The notes under the pieces: generated by a model
Seen by the model: the letters and a program-made list of their open reading frames with translations, nothing else
Told to the model about the DNA's origin: nothing
The model's database searches: none
Source: Tubiluchus corallicola
Lineage: Eukaryota; Animalia; Priapulida
Assembly: GCA_030141605.1 (NCBI GenBank)
Contig: JAQGDQ010000987.1
Coordinates: 8,759 to 72,758, forward strand
Direction: 5' to 3'
DNA length: 64,000 nucleotides
Made by a program: the position numbers and the translations under genes
Shown here: piece by piece, positions 28,595-41,676 of the stretch
Layout of the letters: the number at the start of each line of letters is the position of its first letter
Numbering within the stretch: position 1 is the first letter of the stretch

Positions 28595-28600
28595 AATAAA
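28595..28600 (+). terminator. Candidate SPG11 polyadenylation signal
   Basis: First AATAAA seen after the stop codon. A second occurs at 28661. Confidence 0.4.
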
Positions 28601-29152
28601 CTGTGATACTAATTAGAGTACATAATGTCTAACTAGTTATATTTTGGCTAAAATGTAAACAATAAATTTACTTTTTTATTTAACAAAATGTTTTTGTATT
28701 ACATCATGATATCTTGATCTTTCAACTGGCAATATGATAATTATCGTTGCATGTATTATGGGTATATGTATAATAATGTAATAACTGATCATTTTCGAAT
28801 AAAACTTTTTTAAAATTTTATTGGACTTCTTTTTAGGTTGTTTCTTGTACTTTCTGACAAGTGTTCTGATACTGCGCACATTCATGATCATACGTGAAAT
28901 ACCTGAATCAAATTAAATACTGATGTGTGTTGCTGAAGCTACTACTTTGCAATTGGTAAGAGACTGTTTATTTTTCAAGCAGTAATAATGAGAATGATGA
29001 AGAAAATGAAGAAAATGTTTACTGTACACTGAAAATGAAAAAGTAAAATAAGAAAATTGTAAAGCTGTAAATGCAGCATTGAACTGTAGACAATGTCGCA
29101 GATTCGAATGAGTAAATTTGGTACAGATCTCTGCTTTTTTCTCTCTTTGTAT

Positions 29153-29286
<134 letters not shown>

Positions 29287-29920
29287 CTTCCCTCCTGCTC
29301 TCTCTCCCTCCCTCCCGCTCTCTCTCCTTTTGTCTCTCCTCTCTTCCAAATCTTTTCTTGCTCCTACTGTAGGCTGATAAACCAAATTTAACAAATTAAA
29401 TTCCGTTAAAATAATATAAAGTGTAAAGTTAAATGTGTATTTAATATATCAGTTATTACATTTATTAACATATTTATCGTGAGAAATATAAAAGAATAGG
29501 CCTTATTTATAGTATCAGCTTTTGAACTCTTGGCCAAGAAGAACTCTTTATAAGTTGGCAAGACGCGTCTGTAAATGCAACCGGAAGTGGTCTGGTATTC
29601 TTGCAGCTGCTCTCTGAAAGCGAAAAAAGCATCAAATTTTTTACTAATTGCAACTTGACATTTTTTCAGTTTGATTGACGTACTTTTAGCCTATAATCGA
29701 CTGCTTGCTTAAAACGTCAAAGCTTAGATTACACTTGTTTTTTTTTCAGCAAAGTTTTTCAGTAAGAGTGCATAATATGTAGTAGGTTTATTTGACTAAA
29801 CTGAAACGAGTTCACACACACTGTCTTTTGGTTTACATCAATGTTGAAAGATATCTTACAATTTGGTTTGATAGAATGAACACACTAACCAAAATAAAAA
29901 TAATGTTTATTTTACTTGGT

Positions 29921-30118
29921 AGCTAGGTCTCATTGACTGCATAAATGGGCAATAGTTAGGTCTCATTGACTGGGCAAATCGACAATAGCTAGGTCTCATT
30001 GACTGCATAAATTGGCAATAGTTAGGTCTCATTGACTGCGCAAATGGACAACAGCTAGGTCTCATTGATTGCATAAATCAACAATAGGGAGGTCTCATTG
30101 ACTGTGTAAATCGACAAT
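29921..30118. repeat. 33-bp minisatellite, 6 copies
   Basis: Unit ag(c/t)taggtctcattgactgcataaatNgNcaat. Confidence 0.9.
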
Positions 30119-31028
30119 CCGAATGAAAGCGCTAGAGTAACCTGTCTTCATAATTTTTTTTTACATAATAAGTATATTAATTTATTTTTCAAAATAAAAA
30201 TTTTACTTTATATTAAATCTGTTTTAGTTTTAGTGAAAACTGACAAACTTACAATAATACGACATGCTCTTTCTATCAAATATTCAAAGAATAATTAAGT
30301 TGACCAGATGACCACGTGGATTATTCTCATTTGCTTGTAAATAAGCGGCACAAATAGCGTGATTCAGTTGGGAATGTGTCAGTGGGTCATATAGGTGGCT
30401 TGTATGGCTTTTTAATTCGTCATTTGGATATGATTCTTATACGGGGCCCAAGCCTCCTAATTAAAAATACTTACTGTACAGTAATTATTATGTTGCTTGA
30501 GGCGGTTTTACTAAAAGTATCGTTGATCACGGTTCAATAATCTATAACTCAATGACTTATCTATGGTAAATGGGCTAATGTCGGACAGTGAGTTTTACGT
30601 TTTCCTAAAACTCATTAAGTTAACTGAACTTTATTTTTCCTTTCATTGTTAATACTGCCACATCACATCTTTAGACTGGCATATTCACCATTGCCTAGCA
30701 CTTCGTCTTCTAGCAACCGTTTGGTCAAGAACATACAAGTACGTTTGTCCTTAACAGTATTAACTTCTTTTAATTTGCTGATAAACCGACCTAAAATATG
30801 TCTTGTAAAATTTAATGTTTTTTTGTAATATTGTTTTGTAAAAATATTTTAATATTGTGTTTGTAAATATGTTCATTTATTGTATATAATTAGGCCTTAG
30901 TTTTACACTTTAGTTTTTTTTAGTCTGCACTGGACGCATTTGTCTTGAATAGTGTTGTTTTTAACATTACGCTGAGGATTACTCAATTCTATTGTAATAA
31001 GTAAGCCATTTTTAATGACAAATAAAGA

Positions 31029-31064
<36 letters not shown>

Positions 31065-31531
31065 CGCATTGATTATTTACAGTAGCAGTCTGTTCAGAAA
31101 TGCTTCATTACCTGCAATGAACGTAGCAAAGCATCTAATTGTCACGGTACTTTACATTTTATGCAGCCACACCCTTTTAAGTTCTCCCTGATTCGTTAAC
31201 AATATGGTTTTAGTTTATCAGATATTATTCCGACAAAATTGTAAAAATGTAGAGCATTTAGAAACCTGAAAAGCGCATTTGTGTTCGACATTAACCCATT
31301 TTACCCTATTACTTTTTTTAAATAACTTTTCGTAGTTCTTAAACTCGAATTTTGTGACACTGCTACGTAACGAACTGTGAAGCGTATTCGAAATCAAATT
31401 CCACATTTCTGTTGTCATATTATAGAGCTGGATGGAGGTTGCATGGTATACGTTTTCTCTGCCGGGATATGAGCCAGTAGAATATAGGGTTTTCATGGAT
31501 GTGGATCATGGTTTGGTTTATGTCATATAGG

Positions 31532-34500
31532 TTATGGAATCTTTGTGAATCTACCTCCAGCCCGGGCGGTAGTCTCATGCATTTTGTTACTGGCCCGTAG
31601 CAACGTTATGAGCGTTTTTATTGTAAACTTACCAGACGCAGTCTTGCCATCATCACCTACATCTTTCTGAGCAGATACCTTCTGTTGTTTGTGAGTAGAA
31701 AAGAACTTTCGCTTTTGTCCCGGGCTTTGTTGTTTATGTCGACTGGTGGGAGGCGACGGAGATTGCTTAAAAATATTCATAGATTTGCGATTCTTGTAAA
31801 CACTAAGATTGTGCATGACCTCGGACAGTAGTCCAAGCTGCTGGTAGATGTATCTAGAACGCTTCTTCGTTCTCGGAAATGTACTCGTTTGCGACTTTTC
31901 CAGCGATTTCCGACCAGCTTCATAGAGTTCTTTTTTTGGCCCCTGTAACGAAACTGAATGATCTGACACTGTGGACCGAGCACCTCCTAGATCTGGCAAT
32001 GATCCTAAATGTTCTGAAAGACTCGTTTCACTTGAGGCTGCTAAGTCGTTTGAGCTTTTTGTTACCTTATTATTTGCACTTTGCTGTTCTTCATTAATTG
32101 CTAAATAACGATGTGGTTCCCCCGTTTCTCCTAATTTGGCTTTCTCCATGGGGCCTGAACTGGCTACTGGGCATGACATGCGGCGATGTATCGGGAGCAA
32201 CGTAGGGCGAGTTACTACCATCATCGGATTCAAATTTGAATCATTGTTGTTCGAGCTGCCTCTTATGAGCAGCGAGGAAATGTCATTGGTTTTTAATCTC
32301 CTCTTTTCACTATTGCCATTTTCGTGAACTAAATCTGTAACATTTGCTACATTTTCGTTGCCAAGCGTATCAGATCTTCCCGATTCTTTTTCTGGCGTTG
32401 CTAAGTGGCAAGGTCGAGCGTCCAGTGGTGAAGATGCTGATATTTTGTTTGTTGACAAGAAATCCGATATATCGGTGATTTGGCTACTTTTGCTGAATCT
32501 GTAACTGATTTCGTTCAATTTCACTGAAGCAACTGAGGAATGAATGATCTTTCGCTTTGGTAATTGATCGCTAACCAGCACCTGTTCCGTCTGAAATATA
32601 AAAATAGTGTAAGCCATCATGCTTTCTAATAATATCCGTTTATGTTGTTATTTAAGTATTCAATACAATGTAAAAAGTAAAAATAACAATATGCACACTT
32701 TGTTACAAACAGGCTGAAACAGCCAATACGACTTATCATCATCATCATCATCATCATCATCAATATCATCATCAACATCATCATCATTATTAATATTAAT
32801 CTTTTATTCGTAAAAAAATTTTCATGATTTTGGTATTAATAATTAAAATTTTAAATAATAATTTTGTTAGTAATTAAAAATGAAAATGAACAAATTTGTC
32901 CATATTGGCATACATACATCATACAATATTGCCACATCTGTTCTCTTTACATTAAAATTGAAGCAAAGAGTGCAACAAACCTTACTCCAAAATTCACATA
33001 TTCACATTTGAGCCATTCTGATACCTAAACTACCATATCGTATAAATAAAATGCAACATTTTGGGTATAATGACTGAATTCGAATTTTTTCAAAAATCCC
33101 AGTTACGATTATTAATAAATTTGCTGGCATCGCGACCGCTAGTGCATAAGTAGGTTCAAGATTGACTATTTTGCAGGTAGTCTAATAACAGTGACGTGTT
33201 GTGTCTATTTAGTATCCCCATTCGTTATACCCTCAGAAAATCAAACCCAGTTTTAAGTTAACAGGGTGTAACTAAACTAGGTTAAAAGTGTATCCTGGAA
33301 TATCTTAAAATTATATTGGAAACACCCCCTTCCCGCTCGCTTCAAATTGCCGCTTCCAGAAACAAAGCCTAACACTGTTGAAATTATTTTTTAGTTTCAG
33401 ATGCTAATAGTTTTCTAAAAAGATAAACCTATTGCAATTAAAAAAGTGCGAGTTGTCGAGCTTTACTTTAATTTACATTACAGAAGTAAATAGTAATCTT
33501 GCGCGAAAGTATTTTGTCGAAACGTTCATGTAATATACAGTATAACATCTGATGATTTTTGGGTAAAAATTTTTGAGTGACATAATTAGCAACTAAAACG
33601 TCACATACAAATATTTATTTATATACTATCTTAGAATCACCTTTAATGAATTGCTAAATAATGCTTTTTCTTTCAACTTTGAAATGCTATAGATTTTGAG
33701 AAGTTTTACAGCATTATTATTTTATTTATAATATTTAATGTTATTTATTGTTCAACGAATATCATTTATTGTGTTCGTTGGTACCATTGTACCTGATTAA
33801 ATTGTTTAATACTTTAGTTTCCCATTTAGGAACAAGGTGATTACCATTCGCCTGCCTAATTTTATACTCACGAACATATCTGTATTGCAAATAAAAAATC
33901 GTTATAAATATTTAGCAACATTTATTTGATAATCTGTACCAAAAACATGCTTTTTTAGATTCATTAATGCTATTGACTTTAAAATACGGAATTTTTTAAT
34001 AAACTAGAATGTAGTTCACAAAAAGTATAGAATCAGAAAATATTGAAACTTAAAACTGTTAAAAAAGATTTTTTATGATAACTTTTAGCGCTTGCTACTT
34101 TTTGGTATATCGTTGAAAATATGCTTCTAACCACTGAACTAAATTCATTCCTAGCCAACATCTCATTTCGTATATAATAACTGCATAGCATAAGTACGGA
34201 ATTAGTTTAGAGACAAGTGCTCGCAGGAGGGGATGCTTACACGTTCGTAACTAGCTATTTTGGTAGCAGGTTTACCACTAGCTATCAAAATACGTTTGTG
34301 GTCTCTAGACCTAATCTCTATCTATTTTGCATCAAGTTAGATCTCTTAATCTCACTAGGTTACTCTGGTGGCTTGCAGAAACGCGAAACTATGAAGCCAA
34401 CATTAACCAGGAGGCAGAGTTATATGGATGGACGACATATTTATGTTAAACTGCTTTTAAGCCGGGCTGCACCTTCTAGGGAGCAGTAGCCATTCAAAAG

Positions 34501-35372
34501 TCATAATTTCGGTAAACGAATCTCATATATAACCACTCTATGGTCTTACTTCAGCTATTCATTTGCTGCAAGGAGACAAATAATTTAGGTGGTGTAGTGA
34601 ATTCGACAAAGTCGTTATTTTTCAAAAATGACCAGGGCTGGATAGGCTAGTATAGGAAGCAGCATAGGGCTCCACAAGCTTTGGGGTCCATACTTTGCAT
34701 TGCTGACTTTAAAAAAGAAGGCTAGATTAAAGTGGCTCCGCATCTGAGATGCAAGATCCCTTTTATTTGAAAGACATTTTATTTGGGACAAAGGGCCCTC
34801 ATTTGAGACCCTTTATTTTAGATAAGAGCCCTCATTGAAGCCATTTATTTGAAATATTGGACCTCCAGCTGTGCAACTGTTGCTAAAATATATCGCAAGT
34901 AAATATTCGAGGCGAATGCACGCAAATAAGAGGAAGGCTTCGTCTGAAGGGGTCCCCTAATTTCATTAGGCTGAAGTCCCCAAGAGGTCATAATTCGCCC
35001 TCAGCAGCACCAACACGCAGAGAGATAACATCTTCATTTGCCTGACGTTTCAACATTTATATTAATGCCATACATATAGGAGCATGGTTTGAAGCCTGCA
35101 AGCAGGCCCATGACTACAAAATTACGTAACTTAAGCTACATTAATAGCGACCATAAAACCATATTACGGTAAAACACTGTTGTTATCAATTAACAAAACA
35201 AAATGAAATGTCTCTCTGCATAGCACTGCGTGTATACGAAAAAGAAATTTTTCAATGCATGGGGTAATCGGTATGATTTCGTTTATTGTGAGGCGGCCAT
35301 TTTGAAACAAAAGTAATAGAAATGAATGTTTATGTCCAGCTATCCTGGATGGATGGATGAATGGAGAAAGAG

Positions 35373-35416
<44 letters not shown>

Positions 35417-35480
35417 GAACTAGGTAGGTAGGTAGGTAGGTAGGTAGGTAGGTAGGTAGGTAGGTAGGTAGGTAGCTAGC

Positions 35481-35536
<56 letters not shown>

Positions 35537-38500
35537 TAGATAGATAGATAGATAGATAAATAGACAGGTAAGTAGGTAGGTAGGTAGGTAGGTAGGTAGG
35601 TAGGTAGGTAGGTGGCAGGTAGGTAGTTAGATAGACAGATATACAAATAGACATACAGACAGCAGACAGACAGACAGATAGATAGTAGATAGATAGATAG
35701 ACAGAAAAGATCTTTATTTGCCTATTAGATACAACGTAGAAGAATATTGCACATAAGAAATGTATACTGCGTACTGGAAGCAGCATACCAGCAAATCGTA
35801 TACAACGTATCCGACTGTCAATAGCAAACATTGTGGCAGCTCATAAAATTTCTTCGTTCTGTTTGTCGCCAAGTCAAATTTTGGCTTATTTTTAACTAGC
35901 ATTTTGCGTCGCCCAGTTTTGAATGCCGTGTGTGTGTGTGTGTATGTGTGTGTGTGTGTGTGTGTGCGTGCGTGCGTGCGTGGTGCGTGCGTGCGTGCGT
36001 GTGTGTGTGTGTGTATTTAATCTTACATTAGTTTAGAAACATTTAAATGGCTGTCTTCAGAGGAAGATGCTTTACTATTCTTTAAATGCATAAAGCAAAA
36101 GCTGAAGAAAAAATCGGTTGTTTTGAGATACTTGAATTAAAGTCAGAACCCATTTATAGGCCACAAAACCACAAAAAAGATTAAATAAGCACCAATTTAA
36201 ATAATACAAAATTTAAAATAAAAACTATTTTTCTTACGGAAACTGTTGCGTAAGAAGCGGTTCTGCAGAATATCCAAAATGCCAAGAATGCAAAAACCTG
36301 CTATTGCTTGTGAATTGCTAAATCAAGTTATAACATAGCAAACAACCACATCAATGTTGTACGGGAAGAGCAAATAATACGTTTTTCATACCTGGACTCC
36401 GGTGTGCACCTAGCTATCGATTGCCAAAGTTTTCAAAATGGCAGACAAGTGCAAAAGAAGCAATAACAAAAACAATAACAAAAAGTATCTGTGTACTAGT
36501 GCAAATATCCCGCATTAAGTGGATTTTTGGACTTTTTTATTCAAAAAAGGTTCAAGTGCAAACATGGTTCAACATATTTGAATAAAAAACTATAAAAATT
36601 TTTATTTATTGTGCGACTCTGGATCAACATATGATGGTAAAAACATGAAGATGTACGAGTGATTGCTTATATTACAAAAAAGTTCTCGTGAATCACGCAG
36701 GTGGAGTAAGTTAAGGTAAAAGGTAGGAGGCTGGTAACTCAAGCGGTAGAGTATGGAACTAATACTCTCAGGTCTCGGGTTCAAATCCCGACTAGTGTCA
36801 ATTTTTCAGTGCCTTCTTTCTTCAACTCATTACCCGCAATGGGCAATAATTGGTAAAATAAACGGCAATGGTTTATAAAAATTCTGACTATCACAGTTAT
36901 AATTAATTAATGTTATCGTTAGTTGCCAGCTAATTTGGGAAAGTACTGAAATTGATATTGTGTTGAGGAAGTTTTGTAATTGATTTCTTTGTCGTTTACG
37001 GAACGGAAGAAGGGCATGAAAAACCACACGTAAGAAACTGCATACAAATGAGCAATTGCGCTTGCGCTAATTTGAATAACATTCCACCCGCGCAGTTGAT
37101 GGTACTCCGACTATTGGCTAGCATTTGGTATTATTAATCGTGTTCTATTAAATCAACCAGTCAGAGCAACGCTAATTTCGCTATTAAACGCACATCTTTC
37201 AGCCTTCTGCAAGATTTAAAAAAACTAACAGGTTTAAAACAGCTTTTCTCCTGCAATATATGCCAGACCGGCTTTTCACCTTTGCTTGATCAACTTGCTC
37301 TTTTCATCATGCTAGACGCTGTACTTATTTATATCTGCAAGAGCGGTGTTTTGGTTAAAAACTTCATTTGCACTGGCAGAGTGTGTGAAACAGAGCATAA
37401 ATTTCGATGAAACTATGTGCCCGAAGTAACATAGCCCATTGGTTGTCATAACTGATGAGTGGTTATAGCAACTGTTAGGGTTTGGGGTAACGCAGTTTGT
37501 TGTAAATTGCTAATGGCAGCTGTTCTGTTCCTAATTCTGAGGCGCTTGCATTGGATGCATCGATGCTATAACATTTATAAACAGGCTTGCTTGATTCACA
37601 TCATAGACGTGTAACCACTCTAACACTGGTTACAATGATTAAAAGTCAGCTGGTTCACTTGGAATAGAATAAGAGTGAATATACTACGAGCAAATAGGAT
37701 AAGAACAAAATAGTATTAGAAACAGTATTATATCGTCTACACGTCTGATTATTGTTATGTTTATTATATTATTCTAACATTTAATTGTTATGTGTGTCAA
37801 TTAGGTGTATTATGCATCAAATTATGATGTTGTAATTTATGTAATCTGTGTTATTGTCATTAATGCTTTGTAAATATGTTAGTATAATAATTATAATGCA
37901 TTTGTGAATATTAATTGTTAACCCAATAAATTAAATTGAATTATATAAAGTGACTTCTGGTCAAAGATGTAATTGTTAACACTTCTCAACGGCTACAAGT
38001 CGTCGTGTTGCCATTGCCATTTTCTTATAGGCTGTACGGTTAATGTAGTTATAACTGTGAGAGATAGTCTTCAGCAGCTACCACACCATAATACTGAGAT
38101 ATTTTTGCAAGTCAAACGATAAATGGAACAAACGCATTTTAATTCTACATTTAGATGTGGCTAATTTATACAAATTCAATACAAGTACCATGCTATCCCG
38201 TGATAGTGGTCCTTAAGAATTGACGATATTAAATAAACTGCAGTCGAAACAATCAGCAAAAACTGGCAGTGGGTTGCCGTGACCGGTGTAATGCGACCTG
38301 CAGTTTTAGCGGCTTTTACAAAATTTATCATGCTTTGCACGGCTAGAAAGCTTTATCTAACCATATTGTGAATTTCTCTATCTAAGCATATAAAATTTTT
38401 GTCAGTGAGTGTTTCAACCGAGAAAAGGCAAAAAAATGAAATCATACTATTGATAGTTTTACGAGAGTTTTTAGCAGCGATGCTTTCACGGGAATTCAAA

Positions 38501-39034
38501 GCGGTTGAGGTTATAATTTATTGAATTGAATTAATTCTAATTGAATTGAACAGAATTGAATTTAAAGGACGATTAAAAGTCACTAAGTTTTCTTGTCGGT
38601 TGTCAAAGCTAAAAAAGAAATCCAACCTATTGTTTTTATTATAATGATAAGAGTTTTGTGATATAAGTGTGTATAAAATGTTGACTCCAGTTATTTTTTG
38701 CATTGTGTCACGCATGCGCAAATCGGTAAAGAGTACTTTTCATCAATGTTTCCTTTGCCTTTTCTCGTGTCTGTAAATCAAAGAGTCACTTCAAACTGAT
38801 CGTATACACATTTTTCAGGTTTGTTGTGTGAAGATAGGTAAATTAGCCAAAAACACGAAGGATCTTGAATGTATGACGAATGTATGTTTTTTCTAACAAG
38901 CATGCATTCGTCATACACTCAAGACATTTCATGTTTTTTAACAAAAAACAGCAAAGATGATAATTAAAGGAGATTCTCTTTTATCGTTTCTTTTTCTTTC
39001 TTTCTTTCTTTCTGTCTGTCTGTCTGTCTGTCTG

Positions 39035-39110
<76 letters not shown>

Positions 39111-41676
39111 TTTTCTTTAATTTTCTTCTTTTTTTACTTTGTTGGTTTTTGCTTATTTGTCATTTTCTGCCTTTTTGCTTCCTATTTATTTATCAATACC
39201 AGCATTCGCGCTTTTTAAAATAGCGTACAAATTTTTTTTTTTTGGTTTCTTATAATTATCTTACTCGTATTCACAATTGCCGTAAAGAGCCTCTTCAAAT
39301 TGTGCTTTGAATTATGCTGCCCATTCCTAACTCATGAATTTATACTCATGTCATTTAGTATTTTAGTTTGGAGAAGATACTTCTAATTGCGAAACAGTAT
39401 TTTCTGGATGCATATGTCAATTACATGCACTTTATTCAGAGCAAGTTTTATTTATATAAAACCGAAGGTCATCAGTTCAGAGGAGCCCCTGATGAAATTA
39501 CCACCCCAATTGTCAAAAACCCTCATGTTAAAAGACCAATGACCTACCAAGGCACAAATTTGCTTTTTGTTCAGCACCTATTACGTAGCAAAATATTTTA
39601 CTTTCGTTTTTTTTTCTCTCTCACTCTCTCTCTCTCTCTCTCCTTCTCTCTCCTCTCTCTATTCCTCTCTATTCCCTCTCCTTCTCTCTCCCTCTCTGCC
39701 TCTCTTTCTCATCTTCCTTTCTACGCTCTCTGATTTGAAGCACTTGCTCTTCTTTTCGACACAGCTTATCAAATATAGATCAGATCAAATAAGTTTCAGA
39801 TCCTACGTAAAAAGTGTAACGAAATCCAAACATCGCATCAGAATGATTTTGGAAGACCCATCCGACCATTGGGTCCATCTGTGCATGACTTTCGCAGCCT
39901 GTTTATATGTCTACACATGTGATTTTAATGGCAGTTTAGGATGCATGTGAAACATAAATAAAGTCTCGATCAGTTCTATTCACGTTTGAATAGTCTTCCG
40001 CATATTGTTACAGGATGTCGCGGGAACCTCGCATTTGGTTAGTCCTCGTCCTCGGTTTATGTTGCCCTTGCATTTGACATTGCATTTTCAATTGCACTAT
40101 CATGATACAGTAACTACTGTTACTGTATATGGGCGCGAAATAAAACGATGTCCCACGATTATGCATAGGTTCACTCTAACAAATCATTCCTATTTTTACG
40201 ACAGAGCACAACCCCCGCATGTAATCTCTCATTTAATGCAATCAACTCAATTTGTTTATACAAATTAGATTAACTCAACATTACATTGGGGCTAGACAGT
40301 TTAAAGTGTAAAGTGTCAAGACATCATGAAATTAAAAGCAATGGTCTTTATCTTAGAAGAATAAGAGTTGTCGATTTATTTTGTTGGATATCCAGGTACG
40401 AAATACACCACATATACTTTATATACTCTTAAATGGATGGGTATTGTGAGCTCAGAGGAGATTGTGAACTGATAGTTACACCTCTGATAAACTTTGTATA
40501 AAATTTTAGCGTTCATATGGAAAATCAAAAAAAAGATTTTGAAAGGAAGGAATAGTTCCTCTGCAGCTGATAGGAACTGTTGATTCATTTGATGCAGATG
40601 TATACCATGTTTAAATTCTAGCGATAAATCTTGCCAATCAAAATGTACATCCTTTCTTATCTCTCACTAAAGTAGAAGTAGATAGTTCTTCCAGTGATTT
40701 CTTCATCCTTTCACCTCAGTCACTCACTCACTCTGTCGGTCACACTTTTTCAAATCCAAAGTACTTTAATCGTTGTATTAAAACTTGGTAGGATTTTTCG
40801 TCAGGCTATCGCAGGTTAAGAAAAATTGTAGTCATCCCTTCGTTAATTAATAAATTAATTAGAACGGCATAATCGTTGTAAAACCTTTGCAGACAGATCT
40901 TTTTCTGTAGCTGGCCTCAGAGAATGGATCTAACTCCCACTCGCTTTGCATTGTTGTGATAAATTTGATGTGTAAAAATTTAAGACTCGTCTATTTATTT
41001 TAGCCTTTTTGGAACTCAGTCTGTTACAACTACTGTAGTACAATTTCAGTGGTGTCTACACTGTACAGTGTCTAGTTTCAATTCACTGTGGTACAAATTT
41101 GTGTAATAAATAAATAAATAAACTTTTAAACTGACGCTTGCGAACTTTTAGGTTGTACTGACATTTGGTCCTAGGATTACGGGTATATCTAAAACAACAT
41201 TTTGAACATGATACTATGATATCACACACATAATAATAATTTACAATATTACTGCTATGACATAATGTTATTTAAGCAGGCTTGTTGTTTTATCTAAAAA
41301 CGTGCTACTTACAATTCTGCTGTGACAATGTGCATGATGGACTCGACGCGGATATTTGACTTGTTTGATTTCTCCAGTAGGACTCAAAGGCGGCAGCTCA
41401 GTTTTCGAATATAAAGTTATGCTAAATTCCACGGATCCATTGCACTGATTTGTCATGTCCCTTCCTTCACTGAGCGCTTTTTTACTCGTCAAAGCCTCGT
41501 CCGTGACAGTTAAACAATTCTTATTCGCATTGATGAATTGTCCTGTTTCATCAAAGTCACCCCCTTCAACAGATTCATCAACGTTATTTGAATTCATTTT
41601 GTCTGCAAGAGGGTTTATTTCTGTGACAGATTCTGAGTTGTGTTGTAGCACTGCATTATCGACACTTGCACTGAGC
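31532..41676 (-). CDS. Uncharacterised Ser/Lys/Asn-rich, probably disordered protein (at least 2 exons)
   Basis: Terminal exon 32590-31532 follows the acceptor ctatttttatatttcag and is open for about 352 codons to TAA. An upstream exon at about 41676-41313 has a pyrimidine-rich acceptor and a phase-0 att|gtaagt donor that matches the phase-0 acceptor. Joining the two is inferred. No domain recognised. Confidence 0.6.
35345..35705. repeat. Compound microsatellite (GA)n/(TAGG)n/(GACA)n/(GATA)n
   Basis: Directly visible. A (TG)n/(CGTG)n tract follows at 35928-36013. Confidence 0.95.
36729..36797 (+). pseudogene. tRNA-Ile(AAT)-like pseudogene or SINE head
   Basis: D-arm actcaagcggtagagt, loop ct-aat-ac, intact T-arm tcggg-ttcaaat-cccga. 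Acceptor and anticodon stems are mismatched. Confidence 0.55.
38985..39120. repeat. (TTTC)n/(TGTC)n microsatellite
   Basis: Directly visible. Confidence 0.9.

Noticed and set aside
29921-30118. 33-bp repeats as a CRISPR array
   Set aside because: Head-to-tail units without spacers; an ordinary minisatellite.
31218-31496. 92-aa minus-strand ORF as an additional exon
   Set aside because: It lies past the stop of the upstream exon and looks more like a decayed LINE 3' end (WN..FK pattern).
36729-36797. Functional tRNA-Ile gene
   Set aside because: Acceptor and anticodon stems pair poorly, so it is kept only as a pseudogene or SINE head.
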